64,000 nt of DNA from Verrucomicrobiota bacterium (lineage in GTDB: Bacteria; Verrucomicrobiota; Verrucomicrobiia; Limisphaerales; JADLHS01). The number at the start of each line of letters is the position of its first letter. The first letter of the stretch is position 1. The stretch covers positions 11,210 through 75,209 of the forward strand of contig JABFSR010000015.1 in the NCBI GenBank assembly GCA_013140495.1. Direction: 5' to 3'. The notes below the pieces were generated by a model, which worked only from the letters and a program-made list of their open reading frames with translations, did no database searches and was not told where the DNA came from. Made by a program: the position numbers and the translations under genes. Shown piece after piece: positions 17,793 through 27,707 of this stretch.

Positions 17793-18728
17793 ATGTCGCC
17801 AGTGTCATCCGCGTATGAACAATTGCTCGACGCCGCCATCCGCCACCTGGAAGGGTTGCAATCGCGCGGCGTCAGGCATGTTGCGGTGTCAGCAGAGACG
17901 TTGCGGGCGTTGAGCCTGCCTGCAACCGCGCCTGCTGTCGCCCCGTCGCACGCTTCACCCACCTTGCACCTGCCTGAAACTCCAACCGCCACAAGAGGTA
18001 ATTCCGTGTTTGGTTTCAACAAATCTGGAACTGCTGCTTCTCAACCCCCGCCGCCAATCATGCCTGCCACCAAGCCCGTTCGTTCTGAATCGAAATCCAC
18101 CGATGCGGGCAAGGCCGCAGCGTTTGCTGAATTGCAACGGCGCGTGCTGGCTTGCGTGCAATGCGCGCACCTCGCATCGGCGCGCAAGACCGTCGTGTTC
18201 GGTGTCGGCAACATTGATTCGCCCCTCATGTTCGTGGGCGAAGCTCCGGGAGCGGACGAGGACGAACAGGGCGAGCCGTTCGTGGGCAAGGCGGGCCAAC
18301 TGCTGACGAAAATCATCGAGACAATGGGGCAGAGCCGCGCTGATGTTTACATTGCCAACATATTGAAATGCCGGCCCGACACACCGGGGCAGTCCGCAGG
18401 CAATCGTAAACCTACGAGCGATGAAATGAAAACCTGCATCCCGTATCTGCACGAACAGATTGACCTCATCAAGCCGAAGGTGCTCGTTGCGCTTGGCGCG
18501 ACGGCGGTGGATGGATTGCTGGGCAAGACCATGGGCATCTCAAAGCTTCGCGGCAACTGGCAGACGTATCGCGGCATCCCGCTCATGCCGACGTATCATC
18601 CGGCCTATCTGCTGCGCAACCAGGCGATGAGCGAGAAGCGCAAGGTCTGGGAGGACATGCTGCAGGTGATGGAAAAGCTTGAAATGAACATCAGCGACAA
18701 GCAGCGGAAGTTCTTTCTGAAGGCGTGA
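17793..18728 (+). CDS. Uracil-DNA glycosylase, family 4
   Basis: VVFGVGNIDSPLMFVGEAPGADEDEQGEPFVGKAG and TYHPAYLLR motifs. Start placed after the convergent upstream gene. Confidence 0.85.
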   Translation: MSPVSSAYEQLLDAAIRHLEGLQSRGVRHVAVSAETLRALSLPATAPAVAPSHASPTLHLPETPTATRGNSVFGFNKSGTAASQPPPPIMPATKPVRSESKSTDAGKAAAFAELQRRVLACVQCAHLASARKTVVFGVGNIDSPLMFVGEAPGADEDEQGEPFVGKAGQLLTKIIETMGQSRADVYIANILKCRPDTPGQSAGNRKPTSDEMKTCIPYLHEQIDLIKPKVLVALGATAVDGLLGKTMGISKLRGNWQTYRGIPLMPTYHPAYLLRNQAMSEKRKVWEDMLQVMEKLEMNISDKQRKFFLKA

Positions 18729-18814
18729 GAAACGTCCCCTCGTCCTCGCGCTGTCCAGTTCTTCAAGGGATTCCCGATTCTTGACTCCCCCATCGCCCCC
18801 GCTAACCTCATCCC

Positions 18815-19801
18815 ATGAGTCGCCGACTGTATTGCTCGCTTTTCATTGCCCTTTGCGCCGCGATGATTCCGTTTAGTTCGCCCGCACCTCTGGTTTATAC
18901 GCCGGGCGAAGGCTGGGTCTATGAATCCGCCGATGGCCTCGGCAAATGGCGTCGCGCCCGTGCCAAGGATCAACTCGAAGTCGCGCAACAGGCCTTCGAC
19001 AAAAAGGATTACTCCCTTGCACAGCGCGCCGCTGCTCGTGTCATCCAGGTGTGGCCGCTTTCGGACTACGCTCCGGGTGCGCAATTCCTCATTGCCCGCA
19101 GCCTCGAACTGAAGAAGGACGACGAACGCGCGTTCAACGAATACCAGAAGATCATCGAGAAGTATCCCAAGAGCGACAAGGTGAAGGAAGCATTACAACA
19201 CCAGTATGAGATCAGCCTGCGTTTCCTCAAGGGTCAGCGCTTCAAGCTCTGGAAATACATTCCGTTTCTGCCCAACATGGAAAAAACCGCTGGCCTGTTT
19301 GAGAAGGTCGTCAACAACGGCCCTTACAGCGACGTGGCCCCACACGCGCAACTTCGCATCGGTGCGGCGCAGGAGAAACGCAGGGAATATGGTCTGGCAG
19401 TTGCCGCATACGAGCGAGCGCTGGATCGCTACCACGACCGCCCGGTGATCGCGTCAGACGCAATGTTCCGCGCCGGTTCATCGCATCAAAAGCAGGCGCA
19501 GGCGGCGGATTACGATCAAAGCGCGGCGGGCAGCGCCATTGAAGTGTTCACGGATTTTGTCACGTTGTATCCCGAGGATCGGCGCGTTCCGCAGGCCCAG
19601 CGCGTCATTGCCCAGCTCAAGACCGAACAGGCGCGTGGCAGTTACCAGATAGCGCAGTACTACGAGAAGCGGAAGAAGTGGAGCGGCGCGTTGATTTATT
19701 ACAACGAAGTGGTTTTGCAGGACCCGAATTCCGCCCAGGCCAATGATGCCCGGGTGCGCATTGACCAGATCAAGCAACGCCAGCAGCCCGCGTCCAATTA
19801 A
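18815..19801 (+). CDS. TPR-repeat outer-membrane assembly lipoprotein, BamD/YfiO-like
   Basis: N-terminal signal, repeated TPR-like helices, and a position next to LptE-like and heptosyltransferase genes. Confidence 0.55.
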   Translation: MSRRLYCSLFIALCAAMIPFSSPAPLVYTPGEGWVYESADGLGKWRRARAKDQLEVAQQAFDKKDYSLAQRAAARVIQVWPLSDYAPGAQFLIARSLELKKDDERAFNEYQKIIEKYPKSDKVKEALQHQYEISLRFLKGQRFKLWKYIPFLPNMEKTAGLFEKVVNNGPYSDVAPHAQLRIGAAQEKRREYGLAVAAYERALDRYHDRPVIASDAMFRAGSSHQKQAQAADYDQSAAGSAIEVFTDFVTLYPEDRRVPQAQRVIAQLKTEQARGSYQIAQYYEKRKKWSGALIYYNEVVLQDPNSAQANDARVRIDQIKQRQQPASN

Positions 19802-19802
19802 C

Positions 19803-20315
19803 ATGCGTCTTCGCCACGCAATTCCTGCCGCTTTGATGTCACTTGCGCTTGCCGGTTGCGCTGGTTACCGGCTCGGCCCGACAAACGGCGATGCCCCCGG
19901 AGGACGCACAGTCCAAGTCATTCCACTCACAAACAAAACCATCGAGCCGCGTCTCGGCGATTCCGTTACTGCCGCACTGCGAAAGGAGCTTCAACGCGAC
20001 GGCACCTTCCGGCTTGCCACGCACGACTCGGGTGACATTGTGGTGAGCGGAAACGTCACCGAATTTCGCCGGCGTGAGTTGAGCTTTCTCCCCAATGACA
20101 TCATCACGGTGCAGGATTACCGGCTGACGATGACGGTACAGGTGACAGCGCGTGAAGCCGCCACAGGCCGCGTACTGTTCGACAAACCGGTGACTGGCTA
20201 CACGTTGATCCGTGTCGGGTCGGATCTGGTGAGCGTGGAGCGCCAGGCGTTGCCGCTGCTTGCGACCGACGTGGCGAAGCAGGTCACGTCGTTGCTGGCT
20301 GATGGCGCGTGGTAA
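19803..20315 (+). CDS. LptE-like LPS-assembly lipoprotein
   Basis: Lipobox LALAGC followed by GYRLGP. Size and pattern are typical of LptE. Confidence 0.6.
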   Translation: MRLRHAIPAALMSLALAGCAGYRLGPTNGDAPGGRTVQVIPLTNKTIEPRLGDSVTAALRKELQRDGTFRLATHDSGDIVVSGNVTEFRRRELSFLPNDIITVQDYRLTMTVQVTAREAATGRVLFDKPVTGYTLIRVGSDLVSVERQALPLLATDVAKQVTSLLADGAW

Positions 20316-20402
20316 GAGCGTCGTTGAATTTCCAGCCGCCCTCTTTGCCGGCAAGGTGGCTCCAAGGTCCCAAAATATGGAAACCTCCGCCCAAGCTGAT
20401 CT

Positions 20403-21425
20403 TCAGCGCGTCGAACCAAGTGCCGCCTCAACGTGCGCGCAAACCGTCTCGGGTGAGATTGCAATCAGACATTCCATCCGATTATTCCACGAACATTCTG
20501 ATTTCATGCACGGGGCGCATGGCAAGGCGTGCTTCAGCGCAGTCTGCATCTGGCCATAAGCACCTGTGCGTCGAGGTTCAGTAGGACCATGGATGCTGAT
20601 GACAGGCCTGCCCAGCGCAGCGGCGGCGTGCATCGGCCCGGTGTCATTCGTTACCATCAGTTCGCACAACCGGAGCAGTTCAATTGTTTCGAGCAGTGAA
20701 GTTTTCCCCGCAAGATTCCAGCATCGTTCCGAGGCCGCTCGCAGAATTTCGTCGCCAAGTAATTCGTCATCCTTGCTGCCAAACACAAGAAAATGCACAT
20801 CGCTTCGCCGTGCGAGAATTTGCCTGACAAGTTCTACGAAGTGGGCAACAGGCCAGCGCTTGTTCAACCACCGTGCCCCGGGCTGGATCGCAATCCACCG
20901 TGTCCCATCGGGCTTCCATTTCTCCTTCACGCCAGCCGCAACATCTTCCCGCTCCGGCAACCAGACGAAGTCACGATGCACCGGCACACCCAGCAGCGGC
21001 AGCAACGAGAGATACCAGTCCACCGCGTGCGTATGATACGAGGCACGCCGTGCAATCACGTCGTAGAAACCGCACGCGCCTTCGCGAGGTTCATCGAGAC
21101 CGGCAAGAAGTTTTCCATTGGCAAGCCACGCAAACGCACCGCTGCGCGCGAGGCACTGAAGATCAATCACCCAGTCGAAATTTTGCCGGCGCATCCAGCG
21201 TATGCTTTGCACAGCCTCCGGCCAATGCCGGGGTGAACCCCATCGCTTTCGTTCGAAACGCACCACGCCTGCCAGATCGGGATCACCTTCAAGCAGGGAG
21301 GCAAGGCCGGAATCAATCCACCAGAAAACTTCAGAGTTGGGAAGGTGGAGCTTGAGCAACCGCAGGACTGGCAATGCCTGGATGACATCACCTAGCGAAC
21401 TGGGTTTGAGGATGAGAATTTTCAA
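20403..21425 (-). CDS. Glycosyltransferase family 9 (ADP-heptose:LPS heptosyltransferase-like)
   Basis: (M)KILILKPSSLGDVIQALPVLRLLK and TNDTGPMHAAAALGRP. No ATG is available. TTG 21425 (or TTG 21440) lies inside repeat family A. Confidence 0.8.
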   Translation of the reverse strand: MKILILKPSSLGDVIQALPVLRLLKLHLPNSEVFWWIDSGLASLLEGDPDLAGVVRFERKRWGSPRHWPEAVQSIRWMRRQNFDWVIDLQCLARSGAFAWLANGKLLAGLDEPREGACGFYDVIARRASYHTHAVDWYLSLLPLLGVPVHRDFVWLPEREDVAAGVKEKWKPDGTRWIAIQPGARWLNKRWPVAHFVELVRQILARRSDVHFLVFGSKDDELLGDEILRAASERCWNLAGKTSLLETIELLRLCELMVTNDTGPMHAAAALGRPVISIHGPTEPRRTGAYGQMQTALKHALPCAPCMKSECSWNNRMECLIAISPETVCAHVEAALGSTR

Positions 21426-21557
21426 AGCTCCAAATTCCAAGCGCCAACATCGAGAGAAGCTTCAAGTTCCAGCCAAAAAAATTCCCATCGCATACTCTCC
21501 ACCTGGAATTTGATTGTTGGTGCTTCTCTGGAGCTTGGATGTTGGTGCCTGGAGCTT
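21424..21557. repeat. Palindromic repeat family A, copy 2
   Basis: Arms at 21424-21474 and 21514-21557. Identical 18-nt core at 21530-21547. Confidence 0.7.
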
Positions 21558-21558
21558 A

Positions 21559-22281
21559 TTACCTGCCGTAAGCCAGCCGTTCGGCCAGCCGCTCTGGCAA
21601 ACCTGCTGCGATGATTTTTTTCTGCGCGGTCGCGATGTCGTAATCAAGCCTGCGCTGTTCAATCGTTCCTTCGTCCACGTCGTAGATCACATAGGAGGAC
21701 TTGGGATTGTTGTCGCGCGGCTGCCCAACAGCGCCGACGTTGATGAAATACTTTTTCCCCGCTTCGATTTTGAATTTTGAATACGTGCCGCCGCGCACCA
21801 CGCTATCGCGGATGAATGCCACGGGCACGTGAGTGTGACCGAAGAAACACAACGGCGTGTTCTGATAGGTGAAGCTGGCGGCGGCGGCAAGCTTGTCAAA
21901 GACGTAGCCCCAGCGTTGAGGCGCATCAAGCGTGGCGTGAACAATCGTAAACGTCGTGACCATGCGCGTGTATTTCAGTTCGCGCAGCCACTGGCGGTCG
22001 TCCTCGGAGATTTGACCGCGCGTCCAGTTTACGGCCTCGGCGGCGGCGGGGTTGAAACCTTCGAGATGTTCCTCGCTCGAGCAATACTCGTCGTGATTGC
22101 CTTTGACGCAGGGCATTCCCATCTTGCGCACAATGTCGAGGCATTCCTTGGGGTTGGCGTTGTAGCCGACGACGTCGCCCAGACACGCGTAATGCGTCAC
22201 CTTCTGGTTCTTGGCGTCTTCCAGTACAACCTGAAACGCCTCCAGATTCGCGTGTATATCGGCTATGATTGCAAACTTCAT
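21559..22281 (-). CDS. Metallophosphoesterase (calcineurin-like, YfcE/MJ0936-type)
   Basis: MKFAIIADIHAN, GDVVGY, GNHD and GHTH motifs. Confidence 0.85.
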   Translation of the reverse strand: MKFAIIADIHANLEAFQVVLEDAKNQKVTHYACLGDVVGYNANPKECLDIVRKMGMPCVKGNHDEYCSSEEHLEGFNPAAAEAVNWTRGQISEDDRQWLRELKYTRMVTTFTIVHATLDAPQRWGYVFDKLAAAASFTYQNTPLCFFGHTHVPVAFIRDSVVRGGTYSKFKIEAGKKYFINVGAVGQPRDNNPKSSYVIYDVDEGTIEQRRLDYDIATAQKKIIAAGLPERLAERLAYGR

Positions 22282-22284
22282 GTG

Positions 22285-22548
22285 CTATCGAACAATTTCA
22301 AAACCACGAAACTCACCGCGCGCTTCGGCCCAACTCACGTCTTCGTGGCGGATGTTCGCCCCGAGTCCCGACTCGTGAATGGCCGCGAGAAACGCCTCCA
22401 ACTCCGTCTTGTCGCCTTCCACCACCAACTCAACGCGCCCATCGGGCAGGTTGCGCACCATGCCGTTGACCTCAAAACCCGTCGCCACGTTCTTCACAGT
22501 GTAACGAAAACCAACCCCTTGAACGCGACCGGAATAAAAAACTGTCAT
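22285..22548 (-). CDS. acyP: Acylphosphatase
   Basis: GRVQGVGFRY and GMVRNLPDGRVELVVEG motifs. The internal ATG gives the canonical ~88 aa. Confidence 0.8.
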   Translation of the reverse strand: MTVFYSGRVQGVGFRYTVKNVATGFEVNGMVRNLPDGRVELVVEGDKTELEAFLAAIHESGLGANIRHEDVSWAEARGEFRGFEIVR

Positions 22549-22632
22549 CCGTTTGCGGAGCACGACGGCCCTTTGTTTGTTGTCAGCCAGCTGCGGCACA
22601 CCAAATGAAGCCAAAGACACCGGCATGGCGCA

Positions 22633-23484
22633 ATGTTTTTTCAGGTGCGATTCCAAAAAGCAGGCCGGGCGGACGTCTGGCTTCAGTCCCCCATATCGCT
22701 TGACCCCATCGCCGTGCGCCTATGCACTGTACCCGTGGATTGCGGATTGAACATCATTTATGAGGACGCCGACCTTCTCGTGCTCAACAAACAAGCCGGC
22801 CTGGTTTGTCATCCAACCAAGGGCGATGCCATGTCGAGCCTCATCAGCCGGGCACGATTGCACCTTGGCCCAAATCCACCACCCCATCTCATCAACCGCC
22901 TGGATCGAGAAACCAGCGGTGTCATCCTCATGGCCCGTAATGCCAAAACAGCCGGCGAACTCGGCAAGGTCTGGGAACAACGCGCGGTGCAAAAAGAATA
23001 TCTCGCCATCGTACACGGAACCGTTTCCGCCGATTCCGGGACAATTGACGCCGCGCTCGGCAAGGACACACAAAGCCGTGTCGCCATCAAGGATTGCGTG
23101 GTGATTGGAGGCGCAACCGCGCAGACGAATTATTCTGTGGAGTGGCGGTTCGAACGGGATGGTGCACCGTTCACCTTGCTACGCGTGTTTCCCCGCACAG
23201 GACGAAAACATCAAATTCGCATCCACCTTGCGCATCTTGGTCATCCAATCGTGGGCGACAAAATCTACGGAGGTGACGAGGATTGCTATCTCGCGCTCGT
23301 GGAACAGCGGCTCACCGATGCACAACGAGCCGCACTGTTGCTGCCCAACCACGCACTGCATGCTTCAGCAGTGCGATTGGCCTGGCGAGGCGCGCCCGTG
23401 GAGTTTCGCGCCAAACCAGAGCCGTGGTTCGAGGAGTTTATTGCGCAGACTTCTTCGGAGCCGCGACAACATCTTTCCGTTTGA
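22633..23484 (+). CDS. RluA-family pseudouridine synthase
   Basis: IIYEDADLLVLNKQAGLVCHP, NRLDRETSGVILMA and RTGRKHQIRIHLAHLGHPIVGD. Confidence 0.85.
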   Translation: MFFQVRFQKAGRADVWLQSPISLDPIAVRLCTVPVDCGLNIIYEDADLLVLNKQAGLVCHPTKGDAMSSLISRARLHLGPNPPPHLINRLDRETSGVILMARNAKTAGELGKVWEQRAVQKEYLAIVHGTVSADSGTIDAALGKDTQSRVAIKDCVVIGGATAQTNYSVEWRFERDGAPFTLLRVFPRTGRKHQIRIHLAHLGHPIVGDKIYGGDEDCYLALVEQRLTDAQRAALLLPNHALHASAVRLAWRGAPVEFRAKPEPWFEEFIAQTSSEPRQHLSV

Positions 23485-25093
23485 GCACCATGATGATGCC
23501 GGTGTTTTGATTTGGAGCTGATGGATCTCGGAGGTTTTGACCTGACACGCGTTCGCGCATCACCGGGATGGATCGCAATAACTCGTAGTGTTCGCCCCAG
23601 TAAGCCTCCCACCACTGGAAAATCTTCTTCTCCGAATCCTCCCGCTGCGCCCAGGAGGTCGGATCGGAAACGTACACCGCGTATTCAGGCCGGGCAGTTT
23701 CGATCTCGTGGATCATCTCATCCTGCATCTTCACCGCATACGGATGCGCTTCCATCAATGCATAGGTATAGATGTAGCCGCTGGCGGAATGACGATGGGA
23801 GTAAAAATAAATCTGCGGCTCGGATCCCACCACCACCACACGTGCATTGCCCGGCGACTCTGCCCGCAGGTCCATCGCCAGCCGGCGCGTCTCGGAGAAC
23901 AGGTTGTAGTGATATGTGGACTCGGACACTTTTACCGGCGTCGCGGAAAACCATTCCTCCCCGTGCATCGCAATGGCCACCAGCACCGCCAGCCCGTAAA
24001 GCACCAGTCCACCAAGCGCCAGGAAAAGCTCCACGGACTTTTCATTTCGAATCAGAAACAACGCACGACTTACCACCACGCCATTGAGCAACGCCACCAC
24101 AGGCAGAAGCAGGATGAAATAGTGATGCCGGAAATACATCCCCGCGCACAACGCCAGAATACCTGCCAGCGCAAAACCCGTTACAAACGGCAGCGCCGCG
24201 CGCAGACGTTTCTCCCACCACATCATCACAGCGCCCACAGCGGCAAGCACCCAGAAGATGGCGTTCAATCCCACGCTCGATTCCAAAGCAGCCCGCAGGA
24301 TTGCCGGCAGTTGATCAAAGCTAATGGCTCCAGCGTATTCCTTGGCATAGGTAAACGTCCAAAACCAAAACGGCTTGAACACGCCAAACGCCGCCAGCAC
24401 AGCACACGTGATCACAAACGGCAGCATCAATCCTCCCAACAGAAACCCAAACTCCCGCCAGCATCGTTGCCAGTTCTTTTCAGCCTTCACGAGATTCTGC
24501 CAGAGCACGTAGCCCAGTCCAAACACGCCGAAGAACACGCCATGTTGCTTCATCAGGAACGCGCCCCCAAACATCACCCCGGATGCAAAGAACAAAGCTG
24601 GCTTCTCCGTTTCACGCGCCTTGAGCAGCAACAAAACTCCCGCCATTGCACAGAACACGACAAAATGCGTGGCGTGCCCGGCAAGCCCAAGAAACGCCGA
24701 ACTCGTCGAAAGCAAACCATACGCAAGCGCCGCCGCTCCGCCCGCCGTGGCATCCAGCACCCGACGCCCCATGAAATAAATCATCACGATTGTCGCCAGA
24801 TTCACGAGTGCCAGACCGATGTGGATTCCTGAATCCGTCTGTCCAAACACCGCCATGATCAACGCGTAGGCCGCGTACGTGCCGGGCAACTTCATGTTGT
24901 AGGCAAGTTTATACGGAGGAATTCCCTCAAGCATGAGCTGACCGGCGTAGGCATACTCGCCTTCGTCACGTTCAAGCGGCGTCTCGCGCAGACGCACACG
25001 CACGAACAACACCAGCACAATCACGAAGCCCAACGCCAGCTTCGCGCCGTGTCGGCTGAGAAACTCCACAATTTGCGATTTGCTCTTGTCCAT
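23438..25093 (-). CDS. Membrane glycosyltransferase, GT39/ArnT-like (PMT_2 type)
   Basis: LERDEGEYAYAGQ...PPYK...KLPG loop after TM1, about 12 TM helices and a periplasmic C-terminal domain. Confidence 0.8.
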   Translation of the reverse strand: MDKSKSQIVEFLSRHGAKLALGFVIVLVLFVRVRLRETPLERDEGEYAYAGQLMLEGIPPYKLAYNMKLPGTYAAYALIMAVFGQTDSGIHIGLALVNLATIVMIYFMGRRVLDATAGGAAALAYGLLSTSSAFLGLAGHATHFVVFCAMAGVLLLLKARETEKPALFFASGVMFGGAFLMKQHGVFFGVFGLGYVLWQNLVKAEKNWQRCWREFGFLLGGLMLPFVITCAVLAAFGVFKPFWFWTFTYAKEYAGAISFDQLPAILRAALESSVGLNAIFWVLAAVGAVMMWWEKRLRAALPFVTGFALAGILALCAGMYFRHHYFILLLPVVALLNGVVVSRALFLIRNEKSVELFLALGGLVLYGLAVLVAIAMHGEEWFSATPVKVSESTYHYNLFSETRRLAMDLRAESPGNARVVVVGSEPQIYFYSHRHSASGYIYTYALMEAHPYAVKMQDEMIHEIETARPEYAVYVSDPTSWAQREDSEKKIFQWWEAYWGEHYELLRSIPVMRERVSGQNLRDPSAPNQNTGIIMVLKRKDVVAAPKKSAQ

Positions 25094-25235
25094 GTGCGCG
25101 TGGATGGAAGCGAACCTTGGCCCATCTTACAACGCGAAAAACCTCTGCACCTCTACCGGAGCGCGACCGGTCCCAGGTCGCAGCGCGTAAACGGCGGGGA
25201 GGTTGTTGGAGAAATCCGAACACTTTCGCACGCAC

Positions 25236-25308
25236 GTTGGAGTTCAAGCTTTAGCTTGTCCCAGTCACGCCATGCGATGCCCGGACACGCTAAAGCGTGA
25301 ACTCCAAC
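25236..25308. repeat. Hairpin repeat (family C) in the moxR upstream region
   Basis: GTTGGAGTTCAAGCTTTAGC (25236-25255) versus GCTAAAGCGTGAACTCCAAC (25289-25308): 19/20 complementary with a 33-nt loop. Confidence 0.6.
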
Positions 25309-25392
25309 AAAGAACCGTCCGGCACTTTCAGTCTTTCCGAGATCATTCCCCGCGCTTGAGTCACCCGCCTCGCCTCTCTAAAGTCTCCGCGC

Positions 25393-26373
25393 ATGAATCA
25401 ATCTCTCAACGAACCGGCTCAAGCCGTATCCGCGTGGGTCAAGACGCTCCGCGCGGAAATCGCTGGCGTCATCGTCGGTCAGGAACAACTGGTGGATCGC
25501 CTGCTCGTCGGATTGCTCGCCAATGGTCACGTTCTGCTCGAAGGCGTACCGGGTTTGGCGAAAACTCTCTCCGTCCGCACGCTCGCTTCCGCTGTGCAGG
25601 CGAACTTCCGCCGCATCCAGTTCACGCCTGACCTCCTGCCCGCCGACATCGTGGGCAACCTGATCTATAGCCCGCAGGACGGGAAATATCACGCCACCAA
25701 AGGCCCGGTGTTCACCAATTTCCTGCTCGCCGATGAAATCAATCGCGCGCCTGCCAAAGTTCAAAGTGCCCTGCTCGAAGCCATGCAGGAACGTCAGGTG
25801 ACGCTCGGCGGCGAGACGATGTTGCTGCCCTCGCCGTTTCTCGTGCTGGCGACGGAAAACCCGATTGATCAGGAAGGCACCTATCCGTTGCCCGAAGCGC
25901 AGGTGGATCGCTTCATGTTCAAGGTCATCCTCGATTACCCGTCCGAAGCGGAGGAGCGGAAGATTCTGGATCGCATGGCGTTCACCTCGCCGGAGAATCC
26001 CGTCAAACCCGTCATCGGCCTCGACGACATTCTCAAAGCCCGCAAGCTCGTGGACCAGATCCACGTGGATGACAAGGTGCGGGATTACATTGTGCAGGTG
26101 GTGTTCGCCACGCGCCAGCCGGAGAAGCACAAACTGGACATCAAGAACTTCATCCAGTTCGGCGCGTCACCGCGGGCGACGATTTACCTGACGCTCGCCG
26201 CCAAAGCGTGGGCGTTGCTGCAAGGCCGCACCTATGTCACGCCCGAGGACGTGAAGAGCATCGGCCCGGATGTGTTGCGCCACCGCATCATCCTGACCTA
26301 CGAAGCCGAAGCGCAGGCCGTGACGACGGATGCGATCATTAAGAAGGTGTTTAATGCGGTGCCGGTGCCGTGA
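25393..26373 (+). CDS. moxR: MoxR-family AAA+ ATPase
   Basis: LLEGVPGLAKT Walker A, LLADEINRAPAK Walker B, and the typical MoxR C-terminus. Confidence 0.9.
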   Translation: MNQSLNEPAQAVSAWVKTLRAEIAGVIVGQEQLVDRLLVGLLANGHVLLEGVPGLAKTLSVRTLASAVQANFRRIQFTPDLLPADIVGNLIYSPQDGKYHATKGPVFTNFLLADEINRAPAKVQSALLEAMQERQVTLGGETMLLPSPFLVLATENPIDQEGTYPLPEAQVDRFMFKVILDYPSEAEERKILDRMAFTSPENPVKPVIGLDDILKARKLVDQIHVDDKVRDYIVQVVFATRQPEKHKLDIKNFIQFGASPRATIYLTLAAKAWALLQGRTYVTPEDVKSIGPDVLRHRIILTYEAEAQAVTTDAIIKKVFNAVPVP

Positions 26374-26378
26374 TTAAA

Positions 26379-27335
26379 ATGGAATTCTTAAAACTTCCAT
26401 TCTTTCAACGTCTCGAAAGCTCCCAGCGAATTCTATTGGCCGGAGCAGGCGGTGGCTTTGACATTTTCTGCGGGCTGCCGCTGTATTTTGCACTGCGAAA
26501 AGCTGGCAAAGAAGTCCACCTCGCCAATCTTTCCTTTTCGGCGCTTTCAGCAACAAAAGCTGAACGCATCTCGCCAATCTTGTTCAAGGTGGACGCGGAT
26601 ACGGCGCACTCAAACGATTATTTCCCGGAAGCTTTTCTTTCATCTTGGTTTCGAGAATCGGAAAAGCTGGAAGTTCCGGTTTATTGCTTTGAGCAATCCG
26701 GCGTGCAGCCTTTGGCTGCTGCTTACCAACTCTTGGTTGAGAGATTGAATCTCGACACAATCGTTCTGGTGGATGGAGGGACAGATAGCGTGATGCGAGG
26801 TGATGAGGTCAGCTTGGGAACACCACAAGAAGACATCGCAAGCATCGCAGCGGTTTCGCAGATTCAAGTGCGTCAGAAGCTTCTGGCCTGTCTTGGGGTC
26901 GGCGTGGATTCATTCCACGGCGTCTGTCATTCATATTTCTTTGAAGCTGTCGCCGAAATAACTAAGCAAGGCGGCTACTTGGGTGCGCTTTCACTTGCCA
27001 AAGAAATGCCGGAAGTCTCCAAGTATCGCGATGCTTCACACGCCGTGTTCAAGCGAATGCCTTTACAGCCAAGCATTGTGAACATCTCAATCTTGGATGC
27101 GATTGACGGGAACTTTGGCAACCATCACTCGACTGATAAGACTGCGGGAGGCGAACTTTGGATCAACCCATTGATGCCGCTCTACTGGTTTTTCAATTTA
27201 CCACAGGTTGCAGAGCGTGTTTTGTATTTGGATTGGGTTAAAGGAACGGAAACTTTTCAAGAATTGGGAACAGCAATTGAGAATTTTCGCAAGCAGTGCC
27301 GACCAGTTCGGCCTTGGAAAGACATTCCCATTTAG
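26379..27335 (+). CDS. Hypothetical protein, DUF1152-like (AGAGGGFD motif); cargo gene 1 at the moxR/DUF58 junction
   Basis: ILLAGAGGGFDIFCGLP and LVDGGTDS motifs. Visibly lower GC than the flanks. An alternative GTG 26370 overlaps the moxR stop (GTGA). Confidence 0.6.
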   Translation: MEFLKLPFFQRLESSQRILLAGAGGGFDIFCGLPLYFALRKAGKEVHLANLSFSALSATKAERISPILFKVDADTAHSNDYFPEAFLSSWFRESEKLEVPVYCFEQSGVQPLAAAYQLLVERLNLDTIVLVDGGTDSVMRGDEVSLGTPQEDIASIAAVSQIQVRQKLLACLGVGVDSFHGVCHSYFFEAVAEITKQGGYLGALSLAKEMPEVSKYRDASHAVFKRMPLQPSIVNISILDAIDGNFGNHHSTDKTAGGELWINPLMPLYWFFNLPQVAERVLYLDWVKGTETFQELGTAIENFRKQCRPVRPWKDIPI

Positions 27336-27341
27336 ATTTTC

Positions 27342-27470
27342 ATGACCACCGCTGAACTGCTCGAAACCGTCCGTCGCGTCGAGGTGCGCACCAACCGCCT
27401 CGTCAACGAAACGATGGCCGAAGCGTATGCGATCATCAAGAAGGTGTCTGATGCAATGCTGATGCCGTAA
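27342..27470 (+). pseudogene. Chimeric scar: DUF58 5' end (29 codons) fused in frame to the moxR 3' end (14 codons)
   Basis: 27342-27428 is 82/87 identical to 27708-27794. 27428-27470 is 35/43 identical to 26331-26373. Encodes MTTAELLETVRRVEVRTNRLVNETMAEAYAIIKKVSDAMLMP. Confidence 0.75.
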
Positions 27471-27482
27471 AATGAAAAACCA

Positions 27483-27692
27483 ATGAAAACAAACAATAGG
27501 TGGATTCTGGTAAAGGTTGTGCGCGGAATTCCCGCTTCGATTGAGTTCTTCACAGAAGAACAAAAGGCAATTCTTGCGGAGTCGGACTGGCGGGAGAAGA
27601 TGAATCCTGATTACGACGAATCCAGAATTTTTCAAGCCGACCTAGAGGAAGTGGAAGAGAAAGAGACTTGCTACCTCGAATCCGTGTATTAG
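27483..27692 (+). CDS. Small hypothetical protein (69 aa); cargo gene 2 at the moxR/DUF58 junction
   Basis: ATG start, acidic C-terminus, low GC. No recognisable motifs. Confidence 0.4.
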   Translation: MKTNNRWILVKVVRGIPASIEFFTEEQKAILAESDWREKMNPDYDESRIFQADLEEVEEKETCYLESVY

Positions 27693-27707
27693 CCATTCCT
27701 AGATTCC

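Noticed and set aside
23588-24832. 414-aa plus-strand ORF inside the GT39 gene. Similar long antisense ORFs occur at 27723-28664, 29623-30747, 52710-53504, 54866-55792 and 57569-58600.
   Set aside because: All are Arg/His/Gln-rich mirror ORFs opposite genes with strong family motifs. This is the usual high-GC artefact.
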